32,000 nucleotides of DNA from an uncultured archaeon (GCA_964577555.1 CAZNZM010000004.1:87671-119670); one strand, 5' to 3'; positions 6,753 to 15,111 are shown, numbered from the stretch's first letter. Notes: generated by a model from the sequence alone, not told the origin. Translations and numbers: made by a program.

Positions 6753-8171
6753 ATGGAAAAAATGGCAAAAACATACATAAATGCTGTAAAATACGCAATC
6801 AAAATGAGTTTTGAAGTCGACGGAATAGTTGATAAACCAGACATAATAGGCGCAATATTCGGACAAAGCGAAGGACTGCTTGGAGACGAAATGGACCTCA
6901 AAGAACTGCAAAAAAACGGAAAACTTGGAAGAATAGAAATCAATCACACAACATCAATGGGAAAAACAAAAGGCGAAGTCCTAATACCTTCCTCGCTTGA
7001 CATGGCCGAAACAAGCCTTTTAGCAGCAGGAATAGAAACAGTAGACAAAGTAGGCCCATGCGAAGCAAAATTCAAATTAATCGACATAGAAGACACAAGA
7101 ACAGAAAAAAGACAAGAAATAAAAGACAGGGCAAAAGAAATACTAAAAATGCTAATGGAAAAATCATCACCAGAAACACAAACACTTTCAGACGAAATAA
7201 GAGAAAACGCAAGAGCGGCTGACATAATAGAATACGGCCCCGACAAACTACCAGCAGGTCCAGATGTTGAAACAAGCGAAGAAATAATAATAGTTGAAGG
7301 AAGAGCAGACGTACTCAACATGCTCAAAAACCAAATAAAAAATGTAATAGGAATGAATGGCTCAAACATATCTCCAAGCCTTGCACAACTAACCAAAACA
7401 AAAACAGTAACAGCATTCGTTGACGGCGACAGAGGAGGAATACTCAACGCAAGAAAACTTATGCAAATAGCAAAAGTGGATTTTATAGCACAAGCACCAA
7501 CCGGAAAAGAAGTAGAAGAACTCACAAGAAAAGAAATACTGCTTTCACTAAAAAAGAAAAAACCAGCAACAGAAATAGAAGACACAAACACCCAACAAAA
7601 AGAATATCAAGGACACATATTCAAAGAAAGAATAACAGAAAACCAATATAACAGAAGACACCCAAGAAAAAATATGTACAGAGAAACAGAAAGTTACTAC
7701 AAAAAAAACCAAGAATACAACCTAAATATAAGAAATAAAAGAGGAAGACGCATAAACACAAGAAGCACGACAAGATATGCACCATCAATAAGCAGAAACC
7801 AAAAACCACAAACAAATTGGGTGCAAAAAATAGAAAGAGTACCATTCAACATTGACAACACGGAACCAAAAACAACACCACAAAAACTGTCACAAGACGA
7901 AGAAGCAATATTCAAACCGTTTTTTGAACAACTTAAAGGAACAATGACTGCAAAAATACTCGGCAAAAAAAACGAAATAATCAAAGAAGCAAAAGTAAAA
8001 GACTTAATAAAAGAGCTACCAGAAATCAAAGAAGCCAACGCAATAATATTCGACGGAGTAATAACAAAAAGACTAATAGAAGCCGCAGAAAAATCCGGAA
8101 TAAAATACATAATCGGAGCCAAAAAAGGAAAAATAGAAAATAACAACAATGTAAAAACAATAACACTATAA
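6753..8171 (+). CDS. dnaG: archaeal DnaG (TOPRIM primase-like, exosome-associated)
   Basis: 'KYAIKMSFEVDGIVDKPDIIGAIFGQSEGLLGDEMDLKELQKNGKLGRIEI' and TOPRIM 'IIIVEGRADVLN...VDGDRGG'. The alternative start ATG 6762 has better spacing from GGAG at 6749-6752. Confidence 0.95.
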   Translation: MEKMAKTYINAVKYAIKMSFEVDGIVDKPDIIGAIFGQSEGLLGDEMDLKELQKNGKLGRIEINHTTSMGKTKGEVLIPSSLDMAETSLLAAGIETVDKVGPCEAKFKLIDIEDTRTEKRQEIKDRAKEILKMLMEKSSPETQTLSDEIRENARAADIIEYGPDKLPAGPDVETSEEIIIVEGRADVLNMLKNQIKNVIGMNGSNISPSLAQLTKTKTVTAFVDGDRGGILNARKLMQIAKVDFIAQAPTGKEVEELTRKEILLSLKKKKPATEIEDTNTQQKEYQGHIFKERITENQYNRRHPRKNMYRETESYYKKNQEYNLNIRNKRGRRINTRSTTRYAPSISRNQKPQTNWVQKIERVPFNIDNTEPKTTPQKLSQDEEAIFKPFFEQLKGTMTAKILGKKNEIIKEAKVKDLIKELPEIKEANAIIFDGVITKRLIEAAEKSGIKYIIGAKKGKIENNNNVKTITL

Positions 8172-8250
8172 AACAAAAACCTAAATACAAACAACCTCCA
8201 ATTTCAAAATAAAAAAAAGCAACAACAATAAAATTCCAAAAAAATAAATT

Positions 8251-8712
8251 TCACTTCTTCCTCTTTGCAAAAGGCCTGGCTACTTCAACGACTTGCTTAG
8301 ACTCCTTCAAATCCCTTATATTTTCCTCTATAGGAATTATAACCCTATCAGACTTATAAAACATCCAACCAACAAACAAAACTGCAAGCCAAAAGAAAAC
8401 ATTGGCAATAGGCACCAAAAGACCCTGCCAAAATTGCCTAATAGTAAGCTCCCTCGAAGAAGGCCTCACAACAACGCCTGTAGAATCATACAAATTTTTA
8501 GCACAAACAGCAAACTCCGCCTTCCCATCATAAGTCGAATAATCAATATTCTGCGCACACTCTTTATAAGCCTTTAAATTATCCCAAGAATCAAACATTA
8601 CTGCAGTTGAATGAATAAACATCAACAACGCCCATACAACAACAAAAGCACCCACAAGCTTTGGAGTATGAACATCCCTACCAGCAATCCTAAAATAAAT
8701 AAGCTTCCTCAT
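8251..8712 (-). CDS. hypothetical membrane protein (153 aa, two TM helices, Cys-containing loop)
   Basis: Intact minus-strand ORF with an ordinary, non-lysine-rich composition. TM helices 'LVGAFVVVWALLMFI' and 'VFFWLAVLFVGWMF'. 'tttatatat' TATA-like box upstream on the minus strand. Confidence 0.6.
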   Translation of the reverse strand: MRKLIYFRIAGRDVHTPKLVGAFVVVWALLMFIHSTAVMFDSWDNLKAYKECAQNIDYSTYDGKAEFAVCAKNLYDSTGVVVRPSSRELTIRQFWQGLLVPIANVFFWLAVLFVGWMFYKSDRVIIPIEENIRDLKESKQVVEVARPFAKRKK

Positions 8713-8874
8713 CTAAACCTATTTTAATACATTAATTTAATATATAAATCTTGCCAAAGACCCCAAAATTATCAAAAAAACCTTTGCTAAAAAAAAACAC
8801 AAATAAAACACGCAATATAAAGTTTTTGCTGGAATAAGTCACATAACTTTATAAAAAACAACAAAAAAAATAAA

Positions 8875-8947
8875 GGGCCGGTGGTCTAGCGGTTATGACA
8901 CATCGTTTACACCGATGAGGTCGCAGGTTCGACTCCTGCCCGGCCCA
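8875..8947 (+). tRNA. tRNA-Val (anticodon TAC)
   Basis: Acceptor GGGCCGG/CCGGCCC, anticodon arm CATCG-TTTACAC-CGATG, T-arm GCAGG-TTCGACT-CCTGC, discriminator A. No encoded CCA. 'ctttataaaa' box about 24 nt upstream. Confidence 0.9.
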
Positions 8948-8949
8948 AT

Positions 8950-9120
8950 AAAAAAAACAAAACTGCTACAAAAAAAACAAAAAAAATTTAACCTAAAAAA
9001 TCGGCTGCAAAAAACACTGACAATACAAAAAAAATCCAAAAATAACAAAAACCATAAAAACTTAAAAACAACTTAAAAAAAAATTCAAAAACAATAATAA
9101 TAAGCAAAATAATAATCAGT
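8950..9120 (+). repeat. A-tract spacer with embedded cores (locus B, weak)
   Basis: 'aaaactgctacaaaaaaaac' and 'aaaaatcggctgcaaaaaac' (core 9001-9008) follow the same A-run/core/A-run pattern. Confidence 0.4.
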
Positions 9121-9123
9121 AAA

Positions 9124-10782
9124 ATGAAAAAAAACATAATTGCACTAATCATGCTAATAAACATAGCAACAATAACACAATCAAACGAAATAATTCCAAA
9201 CACTATAAAATCTGCAGACTTTACAATTCATACAGAAACAAAAGGAAACTTCTACGGAAAAATAACAAACGGAGACACCCTAGAAATAAAAATACTACAA
9301 CCACAAAATAACGAAACACAAAAAATAATAGAAGAAGAAAGCTACTTAGAAATAGGAAATGACAAAATACTGCCAACAAAAACAAATGAAAAAGAACTCC
9401 AATACCTAACATTCAAAATAAGCAACTTATTAAAATACGCAAAAACACCTGAATTCAAAATAAAAAACACTGTAAGAGTGAAAAAAACAACTGACATAAA
9501 AATAGGAAAAGATTACAACCTGACAAAAACAATAAACAAATACGAAGAATACAAAAAGCCAAGCGAATATGTTGAATCAAACGATCCAACACTGCAAAGC
9601 AAAGCAACACTTGAATTTACTTCAGACTCATGGATAGAAAATGCAATACAAATATCGGAATGGATTAACTCAAACATAAAATACGACTTTGAAAATTATT
9701 ACAACGAAACATACAGCGCAAAACAAACCTACAACAACAAAGCAGGAGTATGCGACGAATTCGCAAACCTAACAATAGCATTCGGCAGAATAAAAGGAAT
9801 ACCTGCAAAATATGTCGCAGGAATAAGCTTTGACGGCCAAAGATTCGCAAACCACGGTTGGGCAGAATTTTACAACCCTGAAACCGGCTGGATTCCAATA
9901 GATACAACTTTTGCAGAAACAGGATACGTAGATGCGGCACACATAGAATACTCAAAATCGAAAGATGCGAATAAAAACCCAGACATGATAATAATAACAA
10001 ACAGCAAATACCAAATAGAAGCCTATGCAACAACATCAGAACCAGAAGTAACAATAAACTCAATAGAAAGATTCTCAAGAATGACAAAAATAACAGATGA
10101 AACCCCAGAAAAAGTATCCCCAAACGAACAATTCGAAATCAAAGCAACAATACAAAACATCTCAAACAATGACGGAATATTTCCAATAAAACTAATAATA
10201 CACCCTGATTTCAAAACAACAAACACACAAAAACTAATACACTTAAAAGCTGGAGAAACCAAAAAAATAAGTTGGAAAACAACAGCACCAAACGAAAACA
10301 CCGAAGAAACAGACTACACTTACAAAACGATAATAGCCACAATAGACGGAAACATAGAAAAAACAATAACCGTAACAGGAAAAAAAGACGAAACAAAAAA
10401 GGAAATATCAATAATAGACATAAACCCAGAAATAAAAGAAAATAAAATAAAAATCACTATAACACTGGAAAACCCAAACCAAACCCAAAAAATAAAAATA
10501 AAATTCCTAAAAGAAAACGAAACAATAGAAAAAGAATACGAACTGCCAAACCAATCATATTACAAAATTGAAGAAACTTTTGACAACACCAATACAGACA
10601 CAATAGAAATCAAAATATACTTAAAAGAAGAAAAAACATACAAAATAACAATTCCAAAACAAAAAGAAGAAACAAACCAAGAAGAACAAACAACGCTTAT
10701 AGCAAAAATAACAGCTACAATAATTATAACAATTACAACAATAATAATTACAGCACTATTAATTGCAAAATCAAGACAATAA
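9124..10782 (+). CDS. transglutaminase-like (Cys-His-Asp) surface protein with N-terminal signal/TM and C-terminal TM anchor
   Basis: 'AGVCDEFANLTIAFGRIKGIPAKYVAG', 'HGWAEFY' and 'WIPIDTT' form the transglutaminase-like core triad. Beta-rich CARDB-like region downstream. C-terminal 'IIITITTIIITALLIA' anchor. Confidence 0.8.
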   Translation: MKKNIIALIMLINIATITQSNEIIPNTIKSADFTIHTETKGNFYGKITNGDTLEIKILQPQNNETQKIIEEESYLEIGNDKILPTKTNEKELQYLTFKISNLLKYAKTPEFKIKNTVRVKKTTDIKIGKDYNLTKTINKYEEYKKPSEYVESNDPTLQSKATLEFTSDSWIENAIQISEWINSNIKYDFENYYNETYSAKQTYNNKAGVCDEFANLTIAFGRIKGIPAKYVAGISFDGQRFANHGWAEFYNPETGWIPIDTTFAETGYVDAAHIEYSKSKDANKNPDMIIITNSKYQIEAYATTSEPEVTINSIERFSRMTKITDETPEKVSPNEQFEIKATIQNISNNDGIFPIKLIIHPDFKTTNTQKLIHLKAGETKKISWKTTAPNENTEETDYTYKTIIATIDGNIEKTITVTGKKDETKKEISIIDINPEIKENKIKITITLENPNQTQKIKIKFLKENETIEKEYELPNQSYYKIEETFDNTNTDTIEIKIYLKEEKTYKITIPKQKEETNQEEQTTLIAKITATIIITITTIIITALLIAKSRQ

Positions 10783-10836
10783 AAAAAACCAAAAATTGTT
10801 GGGTTTAAAAGAATTTGCCAAAAAAGATCTTTGCAA

Positions 10837-10908
10837 GCGACCGTAGTCTAGTGGTTATGATTCGACCTTGCCAAGGTCGGGGCCCGGGTTCAATTCCCGG
10901 CGGTCGCA
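10837..10908 (+). tRNA. tRNA-Gly (anticodon GCC)
   Basis: Acceptor GCGACCG/CGGTCGC, anticodon arm CGACC-TTGCCAA-GGTCG, T-arm CCGGG-TTCAATT-CCCGG, discriminator A. 'ggtttaaaag' box about 28 nt upstream. Confidence 0.9.
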
Positions 10909-11528
10909 CCTTTCAAATCAAACTCAGATTTAATTATTCTCACAACTTGCGCCTTAACACTTCCAATATCCTTTGACGCATCAATAAAAAAAATTTTTTC
11001 AAAAGGAAAAACAGACTTCAAATCCAAAAAACCACGCCTCACCTTTTCCAAAAAATCTTCCCTCTCAAAAACATCAACATGATTACGCCTGCCTATCCTC
11101 TTCAAAGCATCAGCAACAGGCAAATCCAAAATAAAAACCAAATCAGGAGAAGGTAAACCAGCATGCAAATCAAAAATTTTTTTCAAAGAAATGCCTTGCA
11201 AAGCCTGATAAACAAAAGTACTATACTTGAACCTATCAGACAAAATTATTTTGCCCTCACTCAAAGCAGGAATTATTTCCTTTTCAACATGCTCTCTCCG
11301 GTCATATACATACAATTCAAGAAACTGATTTGCATTAACAATTGGATCAACATTTGACTTAAGCAATTCCCTAACCTTCTTGCCAAAAAAACCATTAGTA
11401 GGCTCGGCAGTTACGATAATTTTTGACCTAGAAACCCCCATTTCAGTAAACCAAACCTTTATCTCACGAGCCAAAGTCCCCTTTCCAGAACCATCAATGC
11501 CGTCAAATACAATCCAAAAACCCTTCAT
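10890..11528 (-). CDS. tmk: thymidylate kinase
   Basis: 'FWIVFDGIDGSGKGT' P-loop, 'DRFKYSTFVYQ' and a LID-like 'RIGRRNHVDVFE'. ATG 11528 preferred over TTG 11534. The last 6 codons and stop overlap the tRNA-Gly 3' end. Confidence 0.9.
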   Translation of the reverse strand: MKGFWIVFDGIDGSGKGTLAREIKVWFTEMGVSRSKIIVTAEPTNGFFGKKVRELLKSNVDPIVNANQFLELYVYDRREHVEKEIIPALSEGKIILSDRFKYSTFVYQALQGISLKKIFDLHAGLPSPDLVFILDLPVADALKRIGRRNHVDVFEREDFLEKVRRGFLDLKSVFPFEKIFFIDASKDIGSVKAQVVRIIKSEFDLKGATAGN

Positions 11529-11662
11529 CACCAAAAATTAAAATGAAAAAGATTAATTAAACCCCCTTATTAAAAAAGAAAACCACAAAAAAAATCAAAT
11601 AAAAAGCCATGTTAAGACTTTTAACCATTTCCAATTCATTTTAATTTATAAAACAAAAAAAA

Positions 11663-11733
11663 GCACCTGTGGGGTAGCGGTAGCCTTAGAGCCTTCCAAG
11701 CTCTCGGCCCGGGTTCAAATCCCGGCGGGTGCA
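11663..11733 (+). tRNA. tRNA-Gly (anticodon TCC)
   Basis: Acceptor GCACCTG/CGGGTGC (one G-U pair), anticodon arm AGAGC-CTTCCAA-GCTCT, T-arm CCGGG-TTCAAAT-CCCGG, discriminator A. Confidence 0.9.
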
Positions 11734-11758
11734 ATAAACTTCAACTAAAAAGTAAAAG

Positions 11759-12085
11759 ATGAAAAAAATGAAACCTAAAAAAATACAAATTCTCGGACTT
11801 GAAAGAATTTACAGACTTTTTGAACTGGCTGAAAAAGAATTTGAAAAACACCCAGAAAGAAGCAAAAGATACATAGAAATAGCAAGAGAAATAGTAAAAA
11901 AAAGCAGGACAAGAATTCCAGACGAACTAAAAACAAAATTCTGCAAAAAATGCAACGCATTCCTAAAAGAAGAAAAAAACTCGCAAATACAAAAACAAAA
12001 CAACATGAAAATAATAAAATGCCTAGAATGCGGCTTCACAAGAAAAACAGGAAAAAAACCCAAAAAAACAGATTGTATAAAATAA
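11759..12085 (+). CDS. rnp4: RNase P protein component 4 (Rpp21/Rpr2 family)
   Basis: 'RIYRLFELAEKEF...PERSKRYIEIAREIVKKSRTRIPDELKTKFCKKCNAFL...KCLECGF' shows the helical N-domain plus CxxC...CxxC zinc ribbon of Rpp21. Confidence 0.85.
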   Translation: MKKMKPKKIQILGLERIYRLFELAEKEFEKHPERSKRYIEIAREIVKKSRTRIPDELKTKFCKKCNAFLKEEKNSQIQKQNNMKIIKCLECGFTRKTGKKPKKTDCIK

Positions 12086-12530
12086 AAAAAAACAAAAAAA
12101 ATGAAACCAACAAACCAAAAAAAAAACAAAACTTCAAACAAAAAAAATACCAAACAAAAAATATCAAAAAAATGCCTAACAAAAAAATAAAAAAAATAAA
12201 ATAGATCAAAAAAAACTACTTGCAAAAAAACAAAACCCAATTAAAAAAACAACAAAAAAAACAAATTGAAAAAAAATAAATGAGAAAAAAAATTAAGGCA
12301 CACAAAGACAAAACAAAAAATAAATACCCAAAAAAATGAAATCAAACAAAAAAAATAAAGTTGCCAAAAAAAATGGCTTGCAAAAACAAAAAGAAAAAAA
12401 AGCAATTTGAATTTTCTTAAAAACAAAAAAAACACAAAAATCGGTCGACAAAAAAATGCCAAAAAAAACGAGACAAAGAAAAAAATGACACAAAAAAAAT
12501 AATTAGAAAATGGAAAAGACAAAGCCTCTA
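12086..12530 (+). repeat. A-tract modular repeat locus C
   Basis: 12216-12268 'ctacttgcaaaaaaacaaaacccaattaaaaaaacaac...' is a partial copy of the 18642-18737 / 23374-23456 module. Also 'tggcttgc' 12374-12381, 'tcggtcgacaaaaaaatgcc' and 'aatgacacaaaaaaaat'. Confidence 0.7.
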
Positions 12531-12537
12531 AAACAAG

Positions 12538-12548
12538 CTTTTTAAATG
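12538..12548 (+). promoter_or_regulatory. TATA-like box for the S19e-FtsY ribosomal operon
   Basis: 'ctttttaaatg' is the first T-containing element after about 450 bp of A-tract DNA and lies about 125 nt upstream of ATG 12674. Confidence 0.4.
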
Positions 12549-12596
12549 TTTTTTGAGAAACATTAATAACTTCTAATTTTAATTAATTGGAAGTTT

Positions 12597-12656
12597 TTTC
12601 GCTTACGCGAAATAAAACGCAATTCAGTTTTCCCCGAAAGGGGGCTCAAAAACTGA
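12597..12656 (+). promoter_or_regulatory. structured 5' leader: two hairpins upstream of the S19e Shine-Dalgarno
   Basis: H1 is tttcgc-ttac-gcgaaa (12597-12612). H2 is tcagtttt-cccc-gaaa-gggg-(gctca)-aaaactga (12624-12656) with a GNRA-type GAAA loop. SD 'aaggtg' at 12661-12666. Confidence 0.45.
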
Positions 12657-12673
12657 AAAAAAGGTGTGAACAA

Positions 12674-13240
12674 ATGGGAATTTACGACGTGCCAGCATCA
12701 ATACTGTTGGCAGAAATAGCAAAAGACCTCAAAACAAAAATAAAACAACCAGAATTTACAAAATACATAAAAACCGGAGCCCATAAGGAAAGAGCACCAT
12801 ACAACCCAGACTGGTTTTACACAAGAATGGCAAGTATACTATACAGAGTTTATAAAGACGGACAAACAGGAACAGGAGCACTCAGAACATATTATGGCGG
12901 AAGACGAAACAAAGGCGTCAAACCGGAAAAAAAAGTAAAAGCAGGAGGAAAAGCAATAAGGCTCGGTTTACAATTGCTTGAAAAGGAAGGACTAATAAAA
13001 AAAGGCAAAAAAGGAAGAACAATCACCACAAAAGGAGAAAAATACCTCTTCCAAAAAGCAAAAGAAGCCAACAACATTTTTACTGAACAAATTAAAAAAC
13101 AAGAAGAAGCAAAAATAGAAAAAGCAAAAAGAAGAGAAGAACTAAAGACAAAAAAACAAGAAACGACAACATTACAAAACAAAACAATCAAAGAGGAAAA
13201 AAATGACGAACGAAGAAGATCTGAAGCAAAAAAAGCTTGA
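12674..13240 (+). CDS. rps19e: 30S ribosomal protein S19e with K/E-rich C-terminal tail
   Basis: 'VYDVPA..LLAEIAKDLK', 'PDWFYTRMASILYRVY' and 'GALRTYYGGRRNKG' are the eS19 signature. Start at ATG 12674 preceded by 'aaggtg'. The ORF-track start at 12587 covers the leader hairpins. Confidence 0.92.
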   Translation: MGIYDVPASILLAEIAKDLKTKIKQPEFTKYIKTGAHKERAPYNPDWFYTRMASILYRVYKDGQTGTGALRTYYGGRRNKGVKPEKKVKAGGKAIRLGLQLLEKEGLIKKGKKGRTITTKGEKYLFQKAKEANNIFTEQIKKQEEAKIEKAKRREELKTKKQETTTLQNKTIKEEKNDERRRSEAKKA

Positions 13241-13523
13241 GGAACTAAAAGAAGCTTATCAAAAACAACAGGAGGCACAACAAAAACAATTGGAAGCTGA
13301 AATACAAGCCAATTCCATTCTAAAAAAAATAGTGGATGAAGCAGGCATTGAAAGACTCAACAATGTCAAGCTTGTGAACAAAGAGCTTTATTTCAGCACA
13401 TTTCAAACAATAATGCAAATGGTGCAAAACGGATACATAAGAAAAAAACTCAACGAAGCACAAATAAAAGAAATCCTAATGCGCCTAAAACCAGAAAAAG
13501 AAATCAAAATAAAAAGAAAGTGA
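13203..13523 (+). CDS. PDCD5/TFAR19-family dsDNA-binding protein
   Basis: 'QQKQLEAEIQANSILKKIVDEAGIERLNNVKLVNKELY...' fits the family, and its position directly after rps19e is the conserved archaeal arrangement. Confidence 0.8.
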   Translation: MTNEEDLKQKKLEELKEAYQKQQEAQQKQLEAEIQANSILKKIVDEAGIERLNNVKLVNKELYFSTFQTIMQMVQNGYIRKKLNEAQIKEILMRLKPEKEIKIKRK

Positions 13524-13527
13524 TAAC

Positions 13528-13815
13528 ATGGGAAGAAAAACACAAGAAGAAAAAGAATTTCTGATTTCACAAAGAAAAAAAACCGGGCCAGGTCTTACAA
13601 ACGCACCAGTCTGGATAATGCAAAAAGCAGGCAAAAGAATATACAACAAAAAAGCAAGAAAACACTGGAGAGAAACACACTTTGGACAAGAATTCAAGAA
13701 AAAACTAAAAGAACAAGGAAAAATAAAAAACACCAAAAAACCAAAAAGCGGCCACAAAAACAAAAGTGCAAAATTTAAACCAAAAAGATTCTACAACACG
13801 AGGGAATCAAAATGA
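13528..13815 (+). CDS. rpl39e: 50S ribosomal protein L39e with long basic C-terminal extension
   Basis: 'NAPVWIMQKAGKRIYNKKARKHWRET' resembles the eL39 core (VP.W...K....H.KRRHWRR). Synteny upstream of rpl31e. ATGA overlap with the next gene. Confidence 0.8.
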   Translation: MGRKTQEEKEFLISQRKKTGPGLTNAPVWIMQKAGKRIYNKKARKHWRETHFGQEFKKKLKEQGKIKNTKKPKSGHKNKSAKFKPKRFYNTRESK

Positions 13816-14243
13816 AAGGAGAGCAAGCAAATTACAACATATCGCTAGCAAAAGCATTTCTATATCCCCCAAAAAAAAGAATAATAAAAGCAATAGGTGT
13901 TATAAAAAAATTTGCAAAAAAACACACAAGAGCAAAAACAATAAATATAGCAAACGAAGTCAATGAGTACCTGCATAAAAATTCGAAAAACTTGCCAAGA
14001 AAAGTCAATGCAATCCTATTCAAAGAAAACGACAAAATAACAATATTCATGCAAAACGGAAAAGAACTAAAAACATACCTAAAAAAAAGAGAAGAAGAAA
14101 AGAAAAAAAAAGAAGAGAAAAAAGAAGAACAAAAAAAAGAAAAAAACGAAAAAGAAGAAACAGATAAAATAAAACTTGAAGAAAAAAAGAAAAAAGAAGA
14201 AGCCGCGGAAGCCTCACAAATAAAAAGAAAAACAAACAAGTGA
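13812..14243 (+). CDS. rpl31e: 50S ribosomal protein L31e with K/E-rich C-terminal tail
   Basis: 'YNISLAKAFLYPPKKRIIKAIGVIKKFAKKHT...INIANEVNEYLHKNSKNLPRKVNA' fits the eL31 pattern. Synteny L39e-L31e-aIF6. Confidence 0.88.
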   Translation: MKGEQANYNISLAKAFLYPPKKRIIKAIGVIKKFAKKHTRAKTINIANEVNEYLHKNSKNLPRKVNAILFKENDKITIFMQNGKELKTYLKKREEEKKKKEEKKEEQKKEKNEKEETDKIKLEEKKKKEEAAEASQIKRKTNK

Positions 14244-14248
14244 ACAGA

Positions 14249-14917
14249 ATGAACTTTGCAAAGGGTACCATAAAAAACAGCCCTTACACAGGCGTCTTTG
14301 CAACAGTAACAGACGACATAGCAATAGTGCCATTCTCAATTACAGAAAAAGAAGAGAAAACAATTGAAAAAACCCTGGAAGTGGAAGTTATCAAAGCAAG
14401 CATAGGGGAAACCTCCATGATAGGAATACTGGCAAAAGGAATTGGAAAAAAAATTGTTGTTTCATCACTCGCAGAAAACAATGAAATAAAAGCACTAGAA
14501 CACAAGGGAATAGAAATAATAAAAATAGACGCAAATGGATTCACATCAACAGGAAACTTGCTCTGCATGAATCAAAAAGCAGGGATAGCAAGCCAACTAT
14601 TAGGAAAAAAAAACATTGAAAAAATATCAAAATTCTTCAAAATAAAATTCAAAACACGAACAATTGCAGGATCAGAACTAGTTGGAGCAGCCACAACAGT
14701 AACAAATAAAGGTTTTATCTGCAATCCAAATATTAAGCCAAAAGAATTCAAAGAACTTCAAAAAATATTCGGAACACAAGGAAAACCAACTACAGCCAAT
14801 TTTGGCGACTTGTTTGTAGGAAACAGCGTAATAGCAAACAGCAAAGGGGCAATAGCAGGAGAAAACACGTCGGGAATAGAAATGCTCAAAATTGATGAAG
14901 GCTTAAGAGGAGATTAA
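14249..14917 (+). CDS. eif6: translation initiation factor 6 (aIF6)
   Basis: 'NSPYTGVFATVTDDIAIVP' and pentein-repeat-like segments ('GNLLCMNQKAGIAS', 'VGNSVIANSKGAIAG'). ATG 14249 preferred over GTG 14240. Confidence 0.92.
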   Translation: MNFAKGTIKNSPYTGVFATVTDDIAIVPFSITEKEEKTIEKTLEVEVIKASIGETSMIGILAKGIGKKIVVSSLAENNEIKALEHKGIEIIKIDANGFTSTGNLLCMNQKAGIASQLLGKKNIEKISKFFKIKFKTRTIAGSELVGAATTVTNKGFICNPNIKPKEFKELQKIFGTQGKPTTANFGDLFVGNSVIANSKGAIAGENTSGIEMLKIDEGLRGD

Positions 14918-15103
14918 ATGGAAGAAAAAACATACTTAGTAAATTGCGAAATAAAAACAAAAGAAAAAATTACAAAATTAAAAACAAAAGTCAAATCAAA
15001 AAATGAAAAACTGGCAAAAGAAAAAGCAATGGCAAATATAGGCTCAAGACACAAAATAAACCGACACAAAATCAAAATAACTTCAATAGAAGAGGCCAAG
15101 TGA
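14918..15103 (+). CDS. rplX: 50S ribosomal protein LX (L18Ae/eL20 family)
   Basis: 'KNEKLAKEKAMANIGSRHKINRHKIKI' matches the LX signature (GSRHK). Synteny between eif6 and pfdA. Confidence 0.85.
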   Translation: MEEKTYLVNCEIKTKEKITKLKTKVKSKNEKLAKEKAMANIGSRHKINRHKIKITSIEEAK

Positions 15104-15111
15104 AAAAAAAC

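Noticed and set aside
10837-11733. Similar 3' halves of the two tRNA-Gly genes flanking tmk, as att-like direct repeats of an integrated element.
   Set aside because: The similarity is explained by both being tRNA-Gly isoacceptors. The only gene between them is core tmk, and there is no integrase.
12086-12530. The spacer modules as MITEs or other mobile elements.
   Set aside because: I could find no terminal inverted repeats or target-site duplications, there is no transposase or integrase, and all copies have one orientation. Copying between loci is still possible, so this is rejected only as a classical MITE call.
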